This document shows, one piece after another, positions 1 through 8,930 of a DNA stretch of 64,000 nucleotides. The notes beneath the pieces are model-generated. The model saw only the letters and a list, made by a program, of their open reading frames with translations, made no database searches and was not told the origin of the DNA. Made by a program: the position numbers and the translations under genes. Position 1 is the stretch's first letter, and every line of letters begins with the position of its first letter. The DNA lies in the IMG/VR virus record IMGVR_UViG_3300023235_000008, positions 124,001 through 188,000 of that record, one strand, 5' to 3'.

Positions 1-74
1 TGTTGGACTGCTTTGACGAGTTGTATGAAAAGTTGGGCAAGTCAGTCGCCAAGGCGATGCGTCTGGAAAAGTAA
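1..74 (+). CDS. 3' end of a gene entering the window (…LDCFDELYEKLGKSVAKAMRLEK*), possibly the MoxR-like AAA ATPase partner of the vWA protein
   Basis: Frame open from nt 3 to TAA at 72-74 and followed by a terminator. Identity is inferred only from the C-terminal pattern and the vWA gene 2.3 kb downstream. Confidence 0.3.
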   Translation, partial: LDCFDELYEKLGKSVAKAMRLEK

Positions 75-92
75 TCAACAGCGACAAACTGG

Positions 93-120
93 GGCGGGGG
101 AAATCCCCCCGTCACTTTTT
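93..120 (+). terminator. Rho-independent terminator
   Basis: GGCGGGGG-AAAT-CCCCCCGTC hairpin followed by a T tract. Confidence 0.75.
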
Positions 121-131
121 CAAATGGAACC

Positions 132-160
132 TTGACAATGAATGATAAACCTCTTAATAT
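132..160 (+). promoter_or_regulatory. sigma70-type early promoter
   Basis: TTGACA-N17-TAATAT. Confidence 0.7.
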
Positions 161-174
161 AAACGAACTGATTA

Positions 175-846
175 ATGGCTACGGTTTTATCGAACTTGAT
201 ACCGATAGCTTTTGGAATACAACCGAAGAGGATGAAGACTATGAGCAAGACTAAATCAACCGAAGAAGTTGCCGATGATATCCGCAACAAAGTCAAAGAT
301 CACGTGACGCAAGCAACGCAATCAAATGACGAAGACGAGCGTGAGCCTCGTTTCAAAATCGCAATCACGGTATTAAATCCAGAAATGCTTCAAGAAGGTG
401 CCGAAACGGAAATGACCCAAACCGCACCAGACGAAGAAGGTGTCAAAAGTCTTTTACAGTCACTGAATAGTTATCGTGCCCGTGGTATTGATATTGAAAC
501 CGATATCGAAGATATGGAAGGCAATAAGTTTGAGCCTTGGGATTTTGGAATGCCAAAGCCAAGTGCATATCAGCGCCGTATCGCCAAAGCAATCGGCAAA
601 GCAATGGATAACCCAAGCCGTGATACATTCGAAACCCTATGCGAGATTATGGCTTCTAAGCAGTGGCAGACGTGGGATATCATCGAGTCGCTAGACGAAG
701 TGTTTGGTGAATGGAATGCCGATACTGGCACAATGGATAAGGCCGTTTATGATTTCAGCGACGAGAAAGTTGAAACGGCAATGACCAAAGACAAACTTTC
801 CAAAGAAGAGTTCTTGGAAGGTCTTTCGCAGAAGGTGAACAACTAA
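175..846 (+). CDS. Hypothetical acidic protein (start may be 232 or 241); ends in LSKEEFLEGL, resembling the FW tag
   Basis: 223-aa ORF coupled to the next gene by TAATG. Confidence 0.75.
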   Translation: MATVLSNLIPIAFGIQPKRMKTMSKTKSTEEVADDIRNKVKDHVTQATQSNDEDEREPRFKIAITVLNPEMLQEGAETEMTQTAPDEEGVKSLLQSLNSYRARGIDIETDIEDMEGNKFEPWDFGMPKPSAYQRRIAKAIGKAMDNPSRDTFETLCEIMASKQWQTWDIIESLDEVFGEWNADTGTMDKAVYDFSDEKVETAMTKDKLSKEEFLEGLSQKVNN

Positions 847-1043
847 TGGCAAGTTCTATTATGTTACATTGGCAAGAACGACTTGACCGTGATTTGGTTG
901 GTCGTGCTGAAGAGATTATGAACGATCTTGAACACGGCGTCATTGATGAAGACGAAGCATATGAAGAACTTATGTGCAACGAACTCACATGTGACGAAGC
1001 CGAAGACGCCGTTAATCAAGCTGTTTCTTGGAGGGATTCCTGA
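846..1043 (+). CDS. Hypothetical acidic microprotein
   Basis: Coupled stop/start at both ends. Confidence 0.65.
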   Translation: MASSIMLHWQERLDRDLVGRAEEIMNDLEHGVIDEDEAYEELMCNELTCDEAEDAVNQAVSWRDS

Positions 1044-1363
1044 TGCGAGAGAATCGTCGTAAAGTAACAATCCGTGAAGATGCCACTGGCATTTACTTTA
1101 ACGCCATGGGAGTTACGTGGCGTCCTGATCCTTGGTTCAAAAAGGATAGTGCATTTTGCAATGAAGCAAGAGAGTTTCGGAAAAGCCATGGCGGTATAGT
1201 CGAAGGGTCATATACCCCTGACTATCCAAATACGGGCGACAAAATCTTTGCTGAACCCGATCCAGCCAAAGGCTCTTCGATGGTCGAAGTTCCAATATTG
1301 ATCAATGGTGATGAAGGTTATAGCACCAATAACTGGTCAGATGAAACACTAAAGGATATTTGA
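1043..1363 (+). CDS. Hypothetical protein
   Basis: TGATG overlap with the upstream gene. Confidence 0.65.
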   Translation: MRENRRKVTIREDATGIYFNAMGVTWRPDPWFKKDSAFCNEAREFRKSHGGIVEGSYTPDYPNTGDKIFAEPDPAKGSSMVEVPILINGDEGYSTNNWSDETLKDI

Positions 1364-1635
1364 ATATGTTGATGCCGTATGAAGAGTTTGTCCAGTTGAT
1401 GGTGGACCGTGGCTTTGGCTACTCGTTTACCGATCACGATGGTAAACTACAGCTTGAGTTGGAATACCTGATGGTGTTGGCGCACGAAGATCACTACGAG
1501 TTATTCGTAACCCAAACCGCTGGTGACACCTATCTCATTAAAAAGTTGACGCAATCACTGAACGATATTGACGGTGTTGTAATTAACCAAACCCCTGCGG
1601 AACCTTTCACTCTTGAAGACGAATGGACTTTATGA
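1360..1635 (+). CDS. Hypothetical protein
   Basis: ORF within a coupled run. Confidence 0.6.
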   Translation: MNMLMPYEEFVQLMVDRGFGYSFTDHDGKLQLELEYLMVLAHEDHYELFVTQTAGDTYLIKKLTQSLNDIDGVVINQTPAEPFTLEDEWTL

Positions 1636-1999
1636 TGGACTTATCACTTTTTGACGTTTACCTGATTATGCAAGCCGATACTTTCAATGAGGGTATCACT
1701 GTATTATTGGTAATATTTGCCGCAGGAACGGTTGGTTCATTAATGCTTATGGGATTAGCGTCGTTCGATACAGATAATCCAGTTAAAAACCCGTGGGGTA
1801 CGCGACCAGCGTGGTTGATTGCAGTGGGGGTTTTCATTCTATTGAATATTACCTTCCCATCAACCAAAACATCCAGATTTCCAAAGACCTTGCCAATAAC
1901 GAGAACGTGCAAGAAATCGGCGGACTTGCTAACGACGCCCTTAAAAAGCTTCTGAAAGAATACATTGAAGAAGATAAATCAAACGAAGGAAACAAATAA
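1623..1999 (+). pseudogene. Two-TM membrane protein gene, frameshifted near 1870
   Basis: Frame 1 gives TM helices up to FPSTKT. The plausible helical C-terminus (LANNENVQEIGGLANDALKKLLKEY) is in another frame that ends in TAATG coupled to the gene at 1999. Confidence 0.6.
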
Positions 2000-2271
2000 T
2001 GCAAACGCTTAACGAAGATTTCGAAACGTGGTGGAAAATGGCTAAGTATCGTAAACGGGATATTGAAGCACGTGACAAATATGGCGAACTTGAAGTTATC
2101 GAACGGATTGCCGATAGTCGGTGTCGTGACTGGCCCGGAACAGAAACTGATGTCAAATACTTTGTTCGTCTTGAAAATCAGGTGTATGTAGGCTTTCGCG
2201 AGCCACGAACAGAAACAGGCCGTCGTGCAAAATATTGCGAGTTTCCGGTATTCGTTAAAGAAAACACTTGA
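1999..2271 (+). CDS. Hypothetical protein
   Basis: 90-aa ORF with AAGGA SD. Confidence 0.65.
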   Translation: MQTLNEDFETWWKMAKYRKRDIEARDKYGELEVIERIADSRCRDWPGTETDVKYFVRLENQVYVGFREPRTETGRRAKYCEFPVFVKENT

Positions 2272-2295
2272 CTTATACACCGACTAGTATATAAT
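2268..2295 (+). promoter_or_regulatory. sigma70-type promoter
   Basis: TTGACT-N16-TATAAT; AGGAG SD before 2324. Confidence 0.65.
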
Positions 2296-2323
2296 CAAAG
2301 AATAAATCAATAGGAGTTACCAA

Positions 2324-3655
2324 ATGTCAAACACAACTACCCAAGCCGATAAGAAAGATAAGCGTGTCGGTCTAGAAATCGATCCAGTGATTGATGCAGA
2401 CTCACGTGAACGACTTGTCGATGCAAAAGTAATGCTGCTTTTCAAATCGCCGTTTTTCGGTCAGCTTTGCTCACGTCTTGCGATTGTCAACGCCGATGCT
2501 TGGTGCCCGACAGCCGCCACCGATGGAAAGCATTTCTATTACAATAGCCGCTTTATCAAACTATTGACCGACGAAGAACTGGTGTTCTTGTTTGGTCACG
2601 AAGTGTTACACTGCGTCTATGATCACATGGGACGGACGAAAGATAACCAGTCTGATCCGCAACTTTCAAACATTGCACAGGATTATATCATTAATAGTGA
2701 TTTGATTGATCAGCGAGTTGGCGATAAAATCACAACCGTTCCTGTCTTGTATGATCCAAAGTTCAAGGGTTGGTCGTCGGAAGAAGTTTATGACTATCTT
2801 TACGAAAACGCCGATAAGATTGATATGCAGTCACTTATTGATCAGTTGCTTGATGAACACATGGATGGCGACGAAGACGACGGCGATGGCGATGGCGATA
2901 TGGAAACTGATGCCGATGGCAACAAAACTTCCAAGTCCAAGCCTAAAATGTCAGATGACGAACGCCAGAAAATCCGTGACGAAATCAAGAAAGCGGTTAT
3001 CAACGGTGCGAAAGCCGAAGGTTCAGCCGGTAACTTGCCAGCGGGTGTCCAGCGTATTCTCAAAGACCTGACCGAGCCTAAGTTGAACTGGCGTGAACTG
3101 ATCCAGCAGCAGATTCAAAGCACGATCAAGTCAGATTTTAGCTTTATGAAGCCTTCACGGAAAGCTTGGCACACAGGCGCTTGCTTGCCGGGTATGATCG
3201 TAGATACCACAATCGACGTGGTTGTTGCGATTGATTTGTCGGGTTCAATCGGCGAAGATCAAATGCGGGATTTCATCAGCGAAATCAAAGGCATCATGGA
3301 CTTGTATCCTTCATTCAAGTTGAAGTTGTTCACGTTTGATACAAACGTATATAACGATGAAGACTTTGACGAAATGAATGCCGATGACCTTTTCGAGTAT
3401 CCGTTTAAAGGTGGTGGCGGTACAGACTTTATGTGTTGCTGGGATCATATGAAAGAAACCGATTGTCAGCCTAAGAAGTTCATCATGTTCACGGATGGTT
3501 ATCCGTGCGGTTCTTGGGGCGATGAAATGTATTGCGATACAGTATTCGTTATCCATAACAACGGATACGGCGACAATCCAGTAGCACCTTGGGGCATTTC
3601 TTGCGACTATGATGAAATGACCAAGAGGCAGCATAAAAAAGATGGTGGGTGTTAG
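2324..3655 (+). CDS. Metallopeptidase-like (HExxH) plus vWA domain protein (DUF2201-type)
   Basis: TAATDG, GHEVLHC, acidic linker, MIDAS DLSGS, GGGGTDF, MFTDGY. Confidence 0.85.
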   Translation: MSNTTTQADKKDKRVGLEIDPVIDADSRERLVDAKVMLLFKSPFFGQLCSRLAIVNADAWCPTAATDGKHFYYNSRFIKLLTDEELVFLFGHEVLHCVYDHMGRTKDNQSDPQLSNIAQDYIINSDLIDQRVGDKITTVPVLYDPKFKGWSSEEVYDYLYENADKIDMQSLIDQLLDEHMDGDEDDGDGDGDMETDADGNKTSKSKPKMSDDERQKIRDEIKKAVINGAKAEGSAGNLPAGVQRILKDLTEPKLNWRELIQQQIQSTIKSDFSFMKPSRKAWHTGACLPGMIVDTTIDVVVAIDLSGSIGEDQMRDFISEIKGIMDLYPSFKLKLFTFDTNVYNDEDFDEMNADDLFEYPFKGGGGTDFMCCWDHMKETDCQPKKFIMFTDGYPCGSWGDEMYCDTVFVIHNNGYGDNPVAPWGISCDYDEMTKRQHKKDGGC

Positions 3656-3687
3656 CGCACTCACCATTTACTTTTAAGGAAAGTATA

Positions 3688-3957
3688 ATGGAAAAACCAA
3701 AACTTACAGTAACAGTAAAGCCTCGTCCACGTAACGATGTTGACGAACTTGAAAAGAAAGTAAATGATTATATCGGCGAGACAACGATGCAAAGCGATGA
3801 ACTTATTGTATTGCTTAGTGACTTCCTTTCAGATTATAATGCGATGAAGGAAGAAAATGTCAAAGTGAAAGAACTCCTACTTGGTATGCTTTCGAATCCG
3901 CTGATGGGCAGTGTTGTAGATAACGTGAAACAAAAATTGAAAGACCAGTTGAAATGA
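3688..3957 (+). CDS. Hypothetical coiled-coil protein
   Basis: AAGGA SD, ATG at 3688. Confidence 0.6.
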   Translation: MEKPKLTVTVKPRPRNDVDELEKKVNDYIGETTMQSDELIVLLSDFLSDYNAMKEENVKVKELLLGMLSNPLMGSVVDNVKQKLKDQLK

Positions 3958-4091
3958 TTTCAAAAGAGAAGATTCGGTCAGCAGCCGCTGATATGAAAAT
4001 GGCTGTAACTTCAATGGAGTTTTGGTTTATGATGTCGTTGGCTGGATTGTATTTCAGCCTGTGTATGTTGAAAGTAGCAGGGGCATTCTGA
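3954..4091 (+). CDS. Small membrane protein (45 aa, not in ORF track)
   Basis: ATGA overlap; hydrophobic C-terminal half FWFMMSLAGLYFSLCML. Confidence 0.5.
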   Translation: MISKEKIRSAAADMKMAVTSMEFWFMMSLAGLYFSLCMLKVAGAF

Positions 4092-4270
4092 TGACACAAC
4101 CTTGCCCGAAGATTTTGACGAAAGAAGAATGGATTGCTACACGATTAAAAGCATTTCCGAATGAAACCCGTTTTGAAGCAGAAAATCTTCATAACGATAT
4201 CCACCAGTTGATTCATAATCAAAGTAGTAGGCAGCAACTTCGTAAAATGATTAAAGATGGAGATTACTAA
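4091..4270 (+). CDS. Hypothetical microprotein (MTQPCPKILTKEEW…)
   Basis: TGATG and TAATG coupling. Confidence 0.55.
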   Translation: MTQPCPKILTKEEWIATRLKAFPNETRFEAENLHNDIHQLIHNQSSRQQLRKMIKDGDY

Positions 4271-4392
4271 TGGAAGTATATTGGGTAGTTGGGTTCGGGC
4301 TATTTGGACTTGCCGCTTTTGCGTGGGCTATCAAATGCACAGGCGACCAAGCGGTTGCTGAAATCAAAGAAATGAAAGAAGAAGATAAATGA
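4270..4392 (+). CDS. Small membrane protein (40 aa, not in ORF track)
   Basis: MEVYWVVGFGLFGLAAFAWAI…; GGAG SD; coupled at both ends. Confidence 0.55.
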   Translation: MEVYWVVGFGLFGLAAFAWAIKCTGDQAVAEIKEMKEEDK

Positions 4393-4607
4393 ATACAGTT
4401 TTATATATTGCCGGGATGATTATTTTGATTATACTCGTCCTTGCTGGATCGTTTTGGATGAGTAAGAACAACGTAGGTGCGTGGACAGCCGTTAATCCAT
4501 CGCAGTTGATTTATTCAAAAGATATTCGGACGGATATTTGTTATGCACAGGGTTCCAAACTGTTGGCAACGGTGCCGTGCGAAAAAGTTGAAAAATATTT
4601 AGAATAG
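4389..4607 (+). CDS. Small membrane-anchored protein with two Cys
   Basis: N-terminal TM helix; DIRTDICY…VPCEKV. Confidence 0.65.
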   Translation: MNTVLYIAGMIILIILVLAGSFWMSKNNVGAWTAVNPSQLIYSKDIRTDICYAQGSKLLATVPCEKVEKYLE

Positions 4608-4672
4608 CATTTACATACCCCTTCAACTATGATAGGGTTCACTTACTTAATATTAACAATGGAGAAAATACA

Positions 4673-5104
4673 ATGAAACGATTTATTACCGCTATCGCAG
4701 CCGTCGCAATGGTTGGATCACTGAGTGCTTGTTTCGACCAAGCCGCAGACGTGGCTTCAAAGAACCTATCCAAAGCTGCTGACAACTTCGAAGTGCCACG
4801 TCGCATTTCAGTCGTAAATGGTATCACGGACAAAATCGTGATGAAGATGGAAGGTTTCTGTTCCCTACAACAAAGTACAACGGCGGGACGTATCGCAGTT
4901 GTATGTAAGGAAGATGGTAAGTTTATCAAAAACTTCCTTGATAAAAGCGACAACGTATTTGTACTAACCGAACAGTTGGCGGCGGTTGACGTATCAACAT
5001 TCCATTATCGTGTTATGTTCCGTCCACAATCGCTTATTCCTGATATTGACTTTTCGGGCGATGCTGGCGAAGTTCTTCAAAACAGTAACACTGATTCAAA
5101 ATAA
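4673..5104 (+). CDS. Phage lipoprotein
   Basis: Signal peptide with lipobox LSAC; GGAG SD; upstream TTTACA-N17-TAGGGT. Confidence 0.75.
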   Translation: MKRFITAIAAVAMVGSLSACFDQAADVASKNLSKAADNFEVPRRISVVNGITDKIVMKMEGFCSLQQSTTAGRIAVVCKEDGKFIKNFLDKSDNVFVLTEQLAAVDVSTFHYRVMFRPQSLIPDIDFSGDAGEVLQNSNTDSK

Positions 5105-5373
5105 TGCAAACTATTAAAACAGTGTTTGCAGTCACGGCATTGTTCGCAGTGACTGCGTGTTCCAATACAATGCATGGTTTTATTGACGACTTTGCTGACA
5201 ACGGGCATAAGACGATTGAGTTTACCGGCGATGCTGTCATAAAGATTGTTGATTGGTCGGGAAATGCCGTAAGCACCATTGGCGAAGATGCAGTGAAATC
5301 AGGTTACGAGATTGGCAAAGATACTAAGCTACCCGATGTTCCAAATACGTCCAAAGGCAAGTCTACTTTATAA
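5104..5373 (+). CDS. Small lipoprotein (entericidin-like N-terminus)
   Basis: Lipobox VTAC followed by SNTMHG. Confidence 0.6.
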   Translation: MQTIKTVFAVTALFAVTACSNTMHGFIDDFADNGHKTIEFTGDAVIKIVDWSGNAVSTIGEDAVKSGYEIGKDTKLPDVPNTSKGKSTL

Positions 5374-5848
5374 AAGACTCAATAAGCCAGTCAGCTTTGT
5401 CAACGCATTGATTGACGAAACCAAATATAACATCAACATACTGCCCCCTCTTTTGACGGGGCAGTTTTTGTATTTCATCCCTATATCTATTTTTCCACAT
5501 AGCAAACATCATAGCTTCGTTCTGCATTATATTTGATTCGGACAATCCATTGTCACTAAAGAACTTCCGTACCACTGGCATTTTCGCTTCAATGGTTTCG
5601 AAATCTGCTTTCAACTTATTAATAATCATTACAATATCGGGGTCAGGCTTCTTCATCATAATGATTTGAATGTCAAGCGCATAAGCAAACTGACCGTGTA
5701 AAAAACTCAATGCCGCCTGACATTGATTCAAACTTCCCGTAATCACGGAATGTGTGTAAGCAGTTTTTCTTTCTTCGTCAGATAAAATATTTGCATGGGC
5801 TTGTGACATAATAAATAATGACAGAAAGAGGGATACTAATAGTTTCAT
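5363..5848 (-). CDS. Secreted hypothetical protein
   Basis: Signal peptide ending AHA; AAGGA SD. Confidence 0.7.
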   Translation of the reverse strand: MKLLVSLFLSLFIMSQAHANILSDEERKTAYTHSVITGSLNQCQAALSFLHGQFAYALDIQIIMMKKPDPDIVMIINKLKADFETIEAKMPVVRKFFSDNGLSESNIMQNEAMMFAMWKNRYRDEIQKLPRQKRGQYVDVIFGFVNQCVDKADWLIESFIK

Positions 5849-5877
5849 TTGTTTTCCTTAAAAATATTATATACACA

Positions 5878-5894
5878 TATTTATACTATAAATA
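5878..5894. promoter_or_regulatory. Back-to-back T4-type late promoters
   Basis: TATAAATA on the - strand (5885-5878) and + strand (5887-5894), between divergent genes. Confidence 0.7.
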
Positions 5895-5912
5895 TTAGTC
5901 AGGAGATTAGTA

Positions 5913-6149
5913 ATGACCGAAGAAGTTACACAAGAAGTAGAAGCACTAAACGTAGGTGACCTACAAGTTATGGTTCAAGTTATCGCAGCTGGTTCACAGC
6001 GTGGTGCATTTAAACCAGAAGAAATGGCAGTTGTTGGTGCAACATACAATAAACTAACCAATATCCTACAGGCACAAGGGGTAGAAACACCCGAGCAAAA
6101 GGCTCAAGCCGAAAAAGCACCAAAAGAAGAAGAAAAAGGTAAAAAATAA
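5913..6149 (+). CDS. Phage hypothetical protein (RGAFKPEEM motif)
   Basis: AGGAG SD, late promoter. Confidence 0.75.
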   Translation: MTEEVTQEVEALNVGDLQVMVQVIAAGSQRGAFKPEEMAVVGATYNKLTNILQAQGVETPEQKAQAEKAPKEEEKGKK

Positions 6150-6835
6150 TGATTAAACACATTGGACGACACAATAACGATAAGGTAATCTTGGTATTTC
6201 GCCAACTTCCTTCCCCACAAGAACATATGGCGTTGGTTCTGTATACAGGACGACTAGGCGCAGCCTATCACGATTCAATGATGAAGGTGCTAGAAAGTAA
6301 TGCTGGTCAAACGTCAAACGATTTCGCAGATGTTCTACACCGCAATCTATTCCCCGATGGTCGCAATATGCTTAATGCTTTGCACCACGAAGGATGGTTG
6401 AAAAAGGTTCCTACAAGCCAAGTGATTGTTGAAGCAAATGCTAAATCACACATTCGTTTGGATGAACTGAATAACATCATTAATGAAATGGCGACAGGCG
6501 CAGAGGCGCAAAAGCGTCTGGAAGACCTTGATACAAGTTCTGGTCTACAAACAGCACCACAGAAGAATATTCCACAAGAGCGTATTAGCGCAATGGATAT
6601 GGCAGCTGCTGCCGACCTTGGTATCGCAGATCAAAACCCTGTCGATGAGGTAGTTGTCGATGAGGCTATGGCTGGAGATGGCGTTCTAAGTGATGTTGAT
6701 ATTGCACAAAACACCATTAACCAAGCGGCGCAAATGGAAGCGGAAGCAACCCGACTCCGCGAAGAAGCATATGCAATGGCACCTTCACTGAAGCCTACCA
6801 CAAAAACAGCCGCAAAAAGGAAAAAAGTTGCATAA
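6149..6835 (+). CDS. Phage hypothetical protein
   Basis: 228-aa coupled ORF. Confidence 0.75.
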   Translation: MIKHIGRHNNDKVILVFRQLPSPQEHMALVLYTGRLGAAYHDSMMKVLESNAGQTSNDFADVLHRNLFPDGRNMLNALHHEGWLKKVPTSQVIVEANAKSHIRLDELNNIINEMATGAEAQKRLEDLDTSSGLQTAPQKNIPQERISAMDMAAAADLGIADQNPVDEVVVDEAMAGDGVLSDVDIAQNTINQAAQMEAEATRLREEAYAMAPSLKPTTKTAAKRKKVA

Positions 6836-7139
6836 TAAAAAATTCAGTAAAGAGTTCATTGAAAAATGGAGTCATTTAATTGAAGATATTGATATGGATG
6901 ATGTGCCGATTCAGTTCGTTGATCGTTTAGAGTTATACTTTAACAACGGACAGAATCCGGCGTTCATCGATATCACACTATTACTAGAAGATGAAAAGCC
7001 GCGGAAAGTTGAAAAGAGAATCACGATGGAGTTAGATGCCATCGATGATATTCTGGATCGGGTTGACTTTCATCTCAACTTAGAAAAAGTAGTCGAAACC
7101 GTAGACATAGCAACTAAAGATACCCTTAAAAAACTATAA
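6828..7139 (+). CDS. Hypothetical protein
   Basis: Coupled ORF, TTG start. Confidence 0.7.
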   Translation: MHNKKFSKEFIEKWSHLIEDIDMDDVPIQFVDRLELYFNNGQNPAFIDITLLLEDEKPRKVEKRITMELDAIDDILDRVDFHLNLEKVVETVDIATKDTLKKL

Positions 7140-7567
7140 TGGAAAATCGTTTTTATATATACATAGGGGATGGAAATACGGTAAAATATACTATACCAGC
7201 TTACGTATGGAAAGAACTATGTTATGTAAATGGATGTATAATGAACCAAAATACTGATTACACGGTTACGGGGAATACAGTAACCTTCGATACGGCACCC
7301 GCCGATGGCATGGAAGTGAGACTTGATATTTACGGATACGATGAAAAAGAACTGCACGGCATCGGATACGATGTAAGGCACGAATACGAAGTTCCAATAA
7401 ATAAGCACGGTGTCCCATTTTTTTACGTTACATGGTGCAGTGAAAACTGCAAAGAACCTTGGGGCTGGTATTTTAAAGACAATGATGACGATTTACCTAT
7501 TATGACATTCAAAAATGAAAAAGACGCATTTATGTTTTCAATCACACACGGAGTAGCACCAACTTGA
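7139..7567 (+). CDS. Chimeric protein: baseplate-type GDG-x-T beta module plus an FKNEKDAFMF C-terminal module
   Basis: N-terminal half resembles repeats in the 4367-aa protein of this window. Confidence 0.65.
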   Translation: MENRFYIYIGDGNTVKYTIPAYVWKELCYVNGCIMNQNTDYTVTGNTVTFDTAPADGMEVRLDIYGYDEKELHGIGYDVRHEYEVPINKHGVPFFYVTWCSENCKEPWGWYFKDNDDDLPIMTFKNEKDAFMFSITHGVAPT

Positions 7568-8013
7568 AGATTTTGATTATGGGTCTTGCTGGAACAGGCA
7601 AGACAACACTAGGACGCCGCCTACAAGAAAAACTAAAGGCAGCATATTTTAACGCAGACGAAGTTCGCACAATGTTTAACGATTGGGAGTTCAGCCCAAA
7701 GGCACGGGATCGCCAAGCAACACGCATGGCTGCATTAGCCACCATTGCAGAGAATGATTATGTGATTGCAGACTTTATTTGTCCTACTAAAAACACACGT
7801 GATCTTTTTGATCCTGATTATATCGTGTGGATGAATACTGAAAAAGAATCCAACTCAGCAAATGGTCCAGCAGCCGCAGGATCAACATTTAAACAAACAG
7901 ATAAAATGTTTGAAGCACCTACCGATTATGACGTAATGGTTACCGAAAAAGATGTTGACAAATGGACAGAGATTGTCTATACTGATGTATTGAATCAACT
8001 ACCGAGGTTCTAA
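7564..8013 (+). CDS. Adenylyl-sulfate kinase-like P-loop kinase
   Basis: GLAGTGKTT, NADEVR, ADFICP, FEAP. Confidence 0.8.
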   Translation: MKILIMGLAGTGKTTLGRRLQEKLKAAYFNADEVRTMFNDWEFSPKARDRQATRMAALATIAENDYVIADFICPTKNTRDLFDPDYIVWMNTEKESNSANGPAAAGSTFKQTDKMFEAPTDYDVMVTEKDVDKWTEIVYTDVLNQLPRF

Positions 8014-8930
8014 TGAAGATATTAATCGTAGGTATGGGCTTTATTGGTCAATATCTCGCCGTACATTTTTTAAAAGAAAATCATACAGTTGATGGTATTG
8101 ATAAAGATAATCGTGACCATAACTTTATTCATCCCTTAAAAGACTATCATAACTTCACTTTCAAAAGGACTTTCAAAAATGATGAAAATATATTTCTCGA
8201 TGAGAATAATCAGCGATATGACGTTATCATTTACACGGCAGCAATGTCGAATGCTCGGGAGTTTGCTATCAACTATTGTCCCGAATATGTATATACTATG
8301 ATGAACGGTCCAAGCGATATCATCGGTTCTCTATATACTGACGAAAAACCACACTTCATTTACCTAAGTTCAAGTATGGTATACGGAAACTTTGGCGAAT
8401 CCAATCCAAATGAAGAAACGTATTGTGCGCCGATTGAACCATACGGCATTACCAAGTTGGCTTCCGAAGGTATTTTAAAACACAAAGCGAAAAGTTATAA
8501 TATTCCACTGTCAATCGTTCGCCCAAGTGCAGTATATGGATTTGGCGATGGCATTGCAGGAATACAGCGGGTAATCGAAACATTTGTTAGCACGGCAAAA
8601 GATGGCGGTGTTTTGACTGTTAAGGGCAACAATAGGCTGGACTTCACATACATTGATGATATAGTAGATGGCATTGATCTTATCGTTAAAAATAAAGAAG
8701 CAGCAACCGATCAAACGTTTAATATAACTGGCGGAAACCCACGTTCATTGCTGGATGCGGCAGCTATCGCAGTTCGTACATATGGCGGCGAGATTGACAT
8801 TCAAGACCACGATGAACTATATCCAGTGCGGGGTGGATTAGATATAACCAAGGCACGTGACCTACTTGGGTATAATCCAAGATTTACACTTGAAAAAGGG
8901 ATTGAAGCGTATGCCAAAAGCATTGATTGA
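8013..8930 (+). CDS. NAD-dependent epimerase/dehydratase
   Basis: GMGFIG, SSSMVYG, YGITK, DFTYIDD. Confidence 0.9.
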   Translation: MKILIVGMGFIGQYLAVHFLKENHTVDGIDKDNRDHNFIHPLKDYHNFTFKRTFKNDENIFLDENNQRYDVIIYTAAMSNAREFAINYCPEYVYTMMNGPSDIIGSLYTDEKPHFIYLSSSMVYGNFGESNPNEETYCAPIEPYGITKLASEGILKHKAKSYNIPLSIVRPSAVYGFGDGIAGIQRVIETFVSTAKDGGVLTVKGNNRLDFTYIDDIVDGIDLIVKNKEAATDQTFNITGGNPRSLLDAAAIAVRTYGGEIDIQDHDELYPVRGGLDITKARDLLGYNPRFTLEKGIEAYAKSID

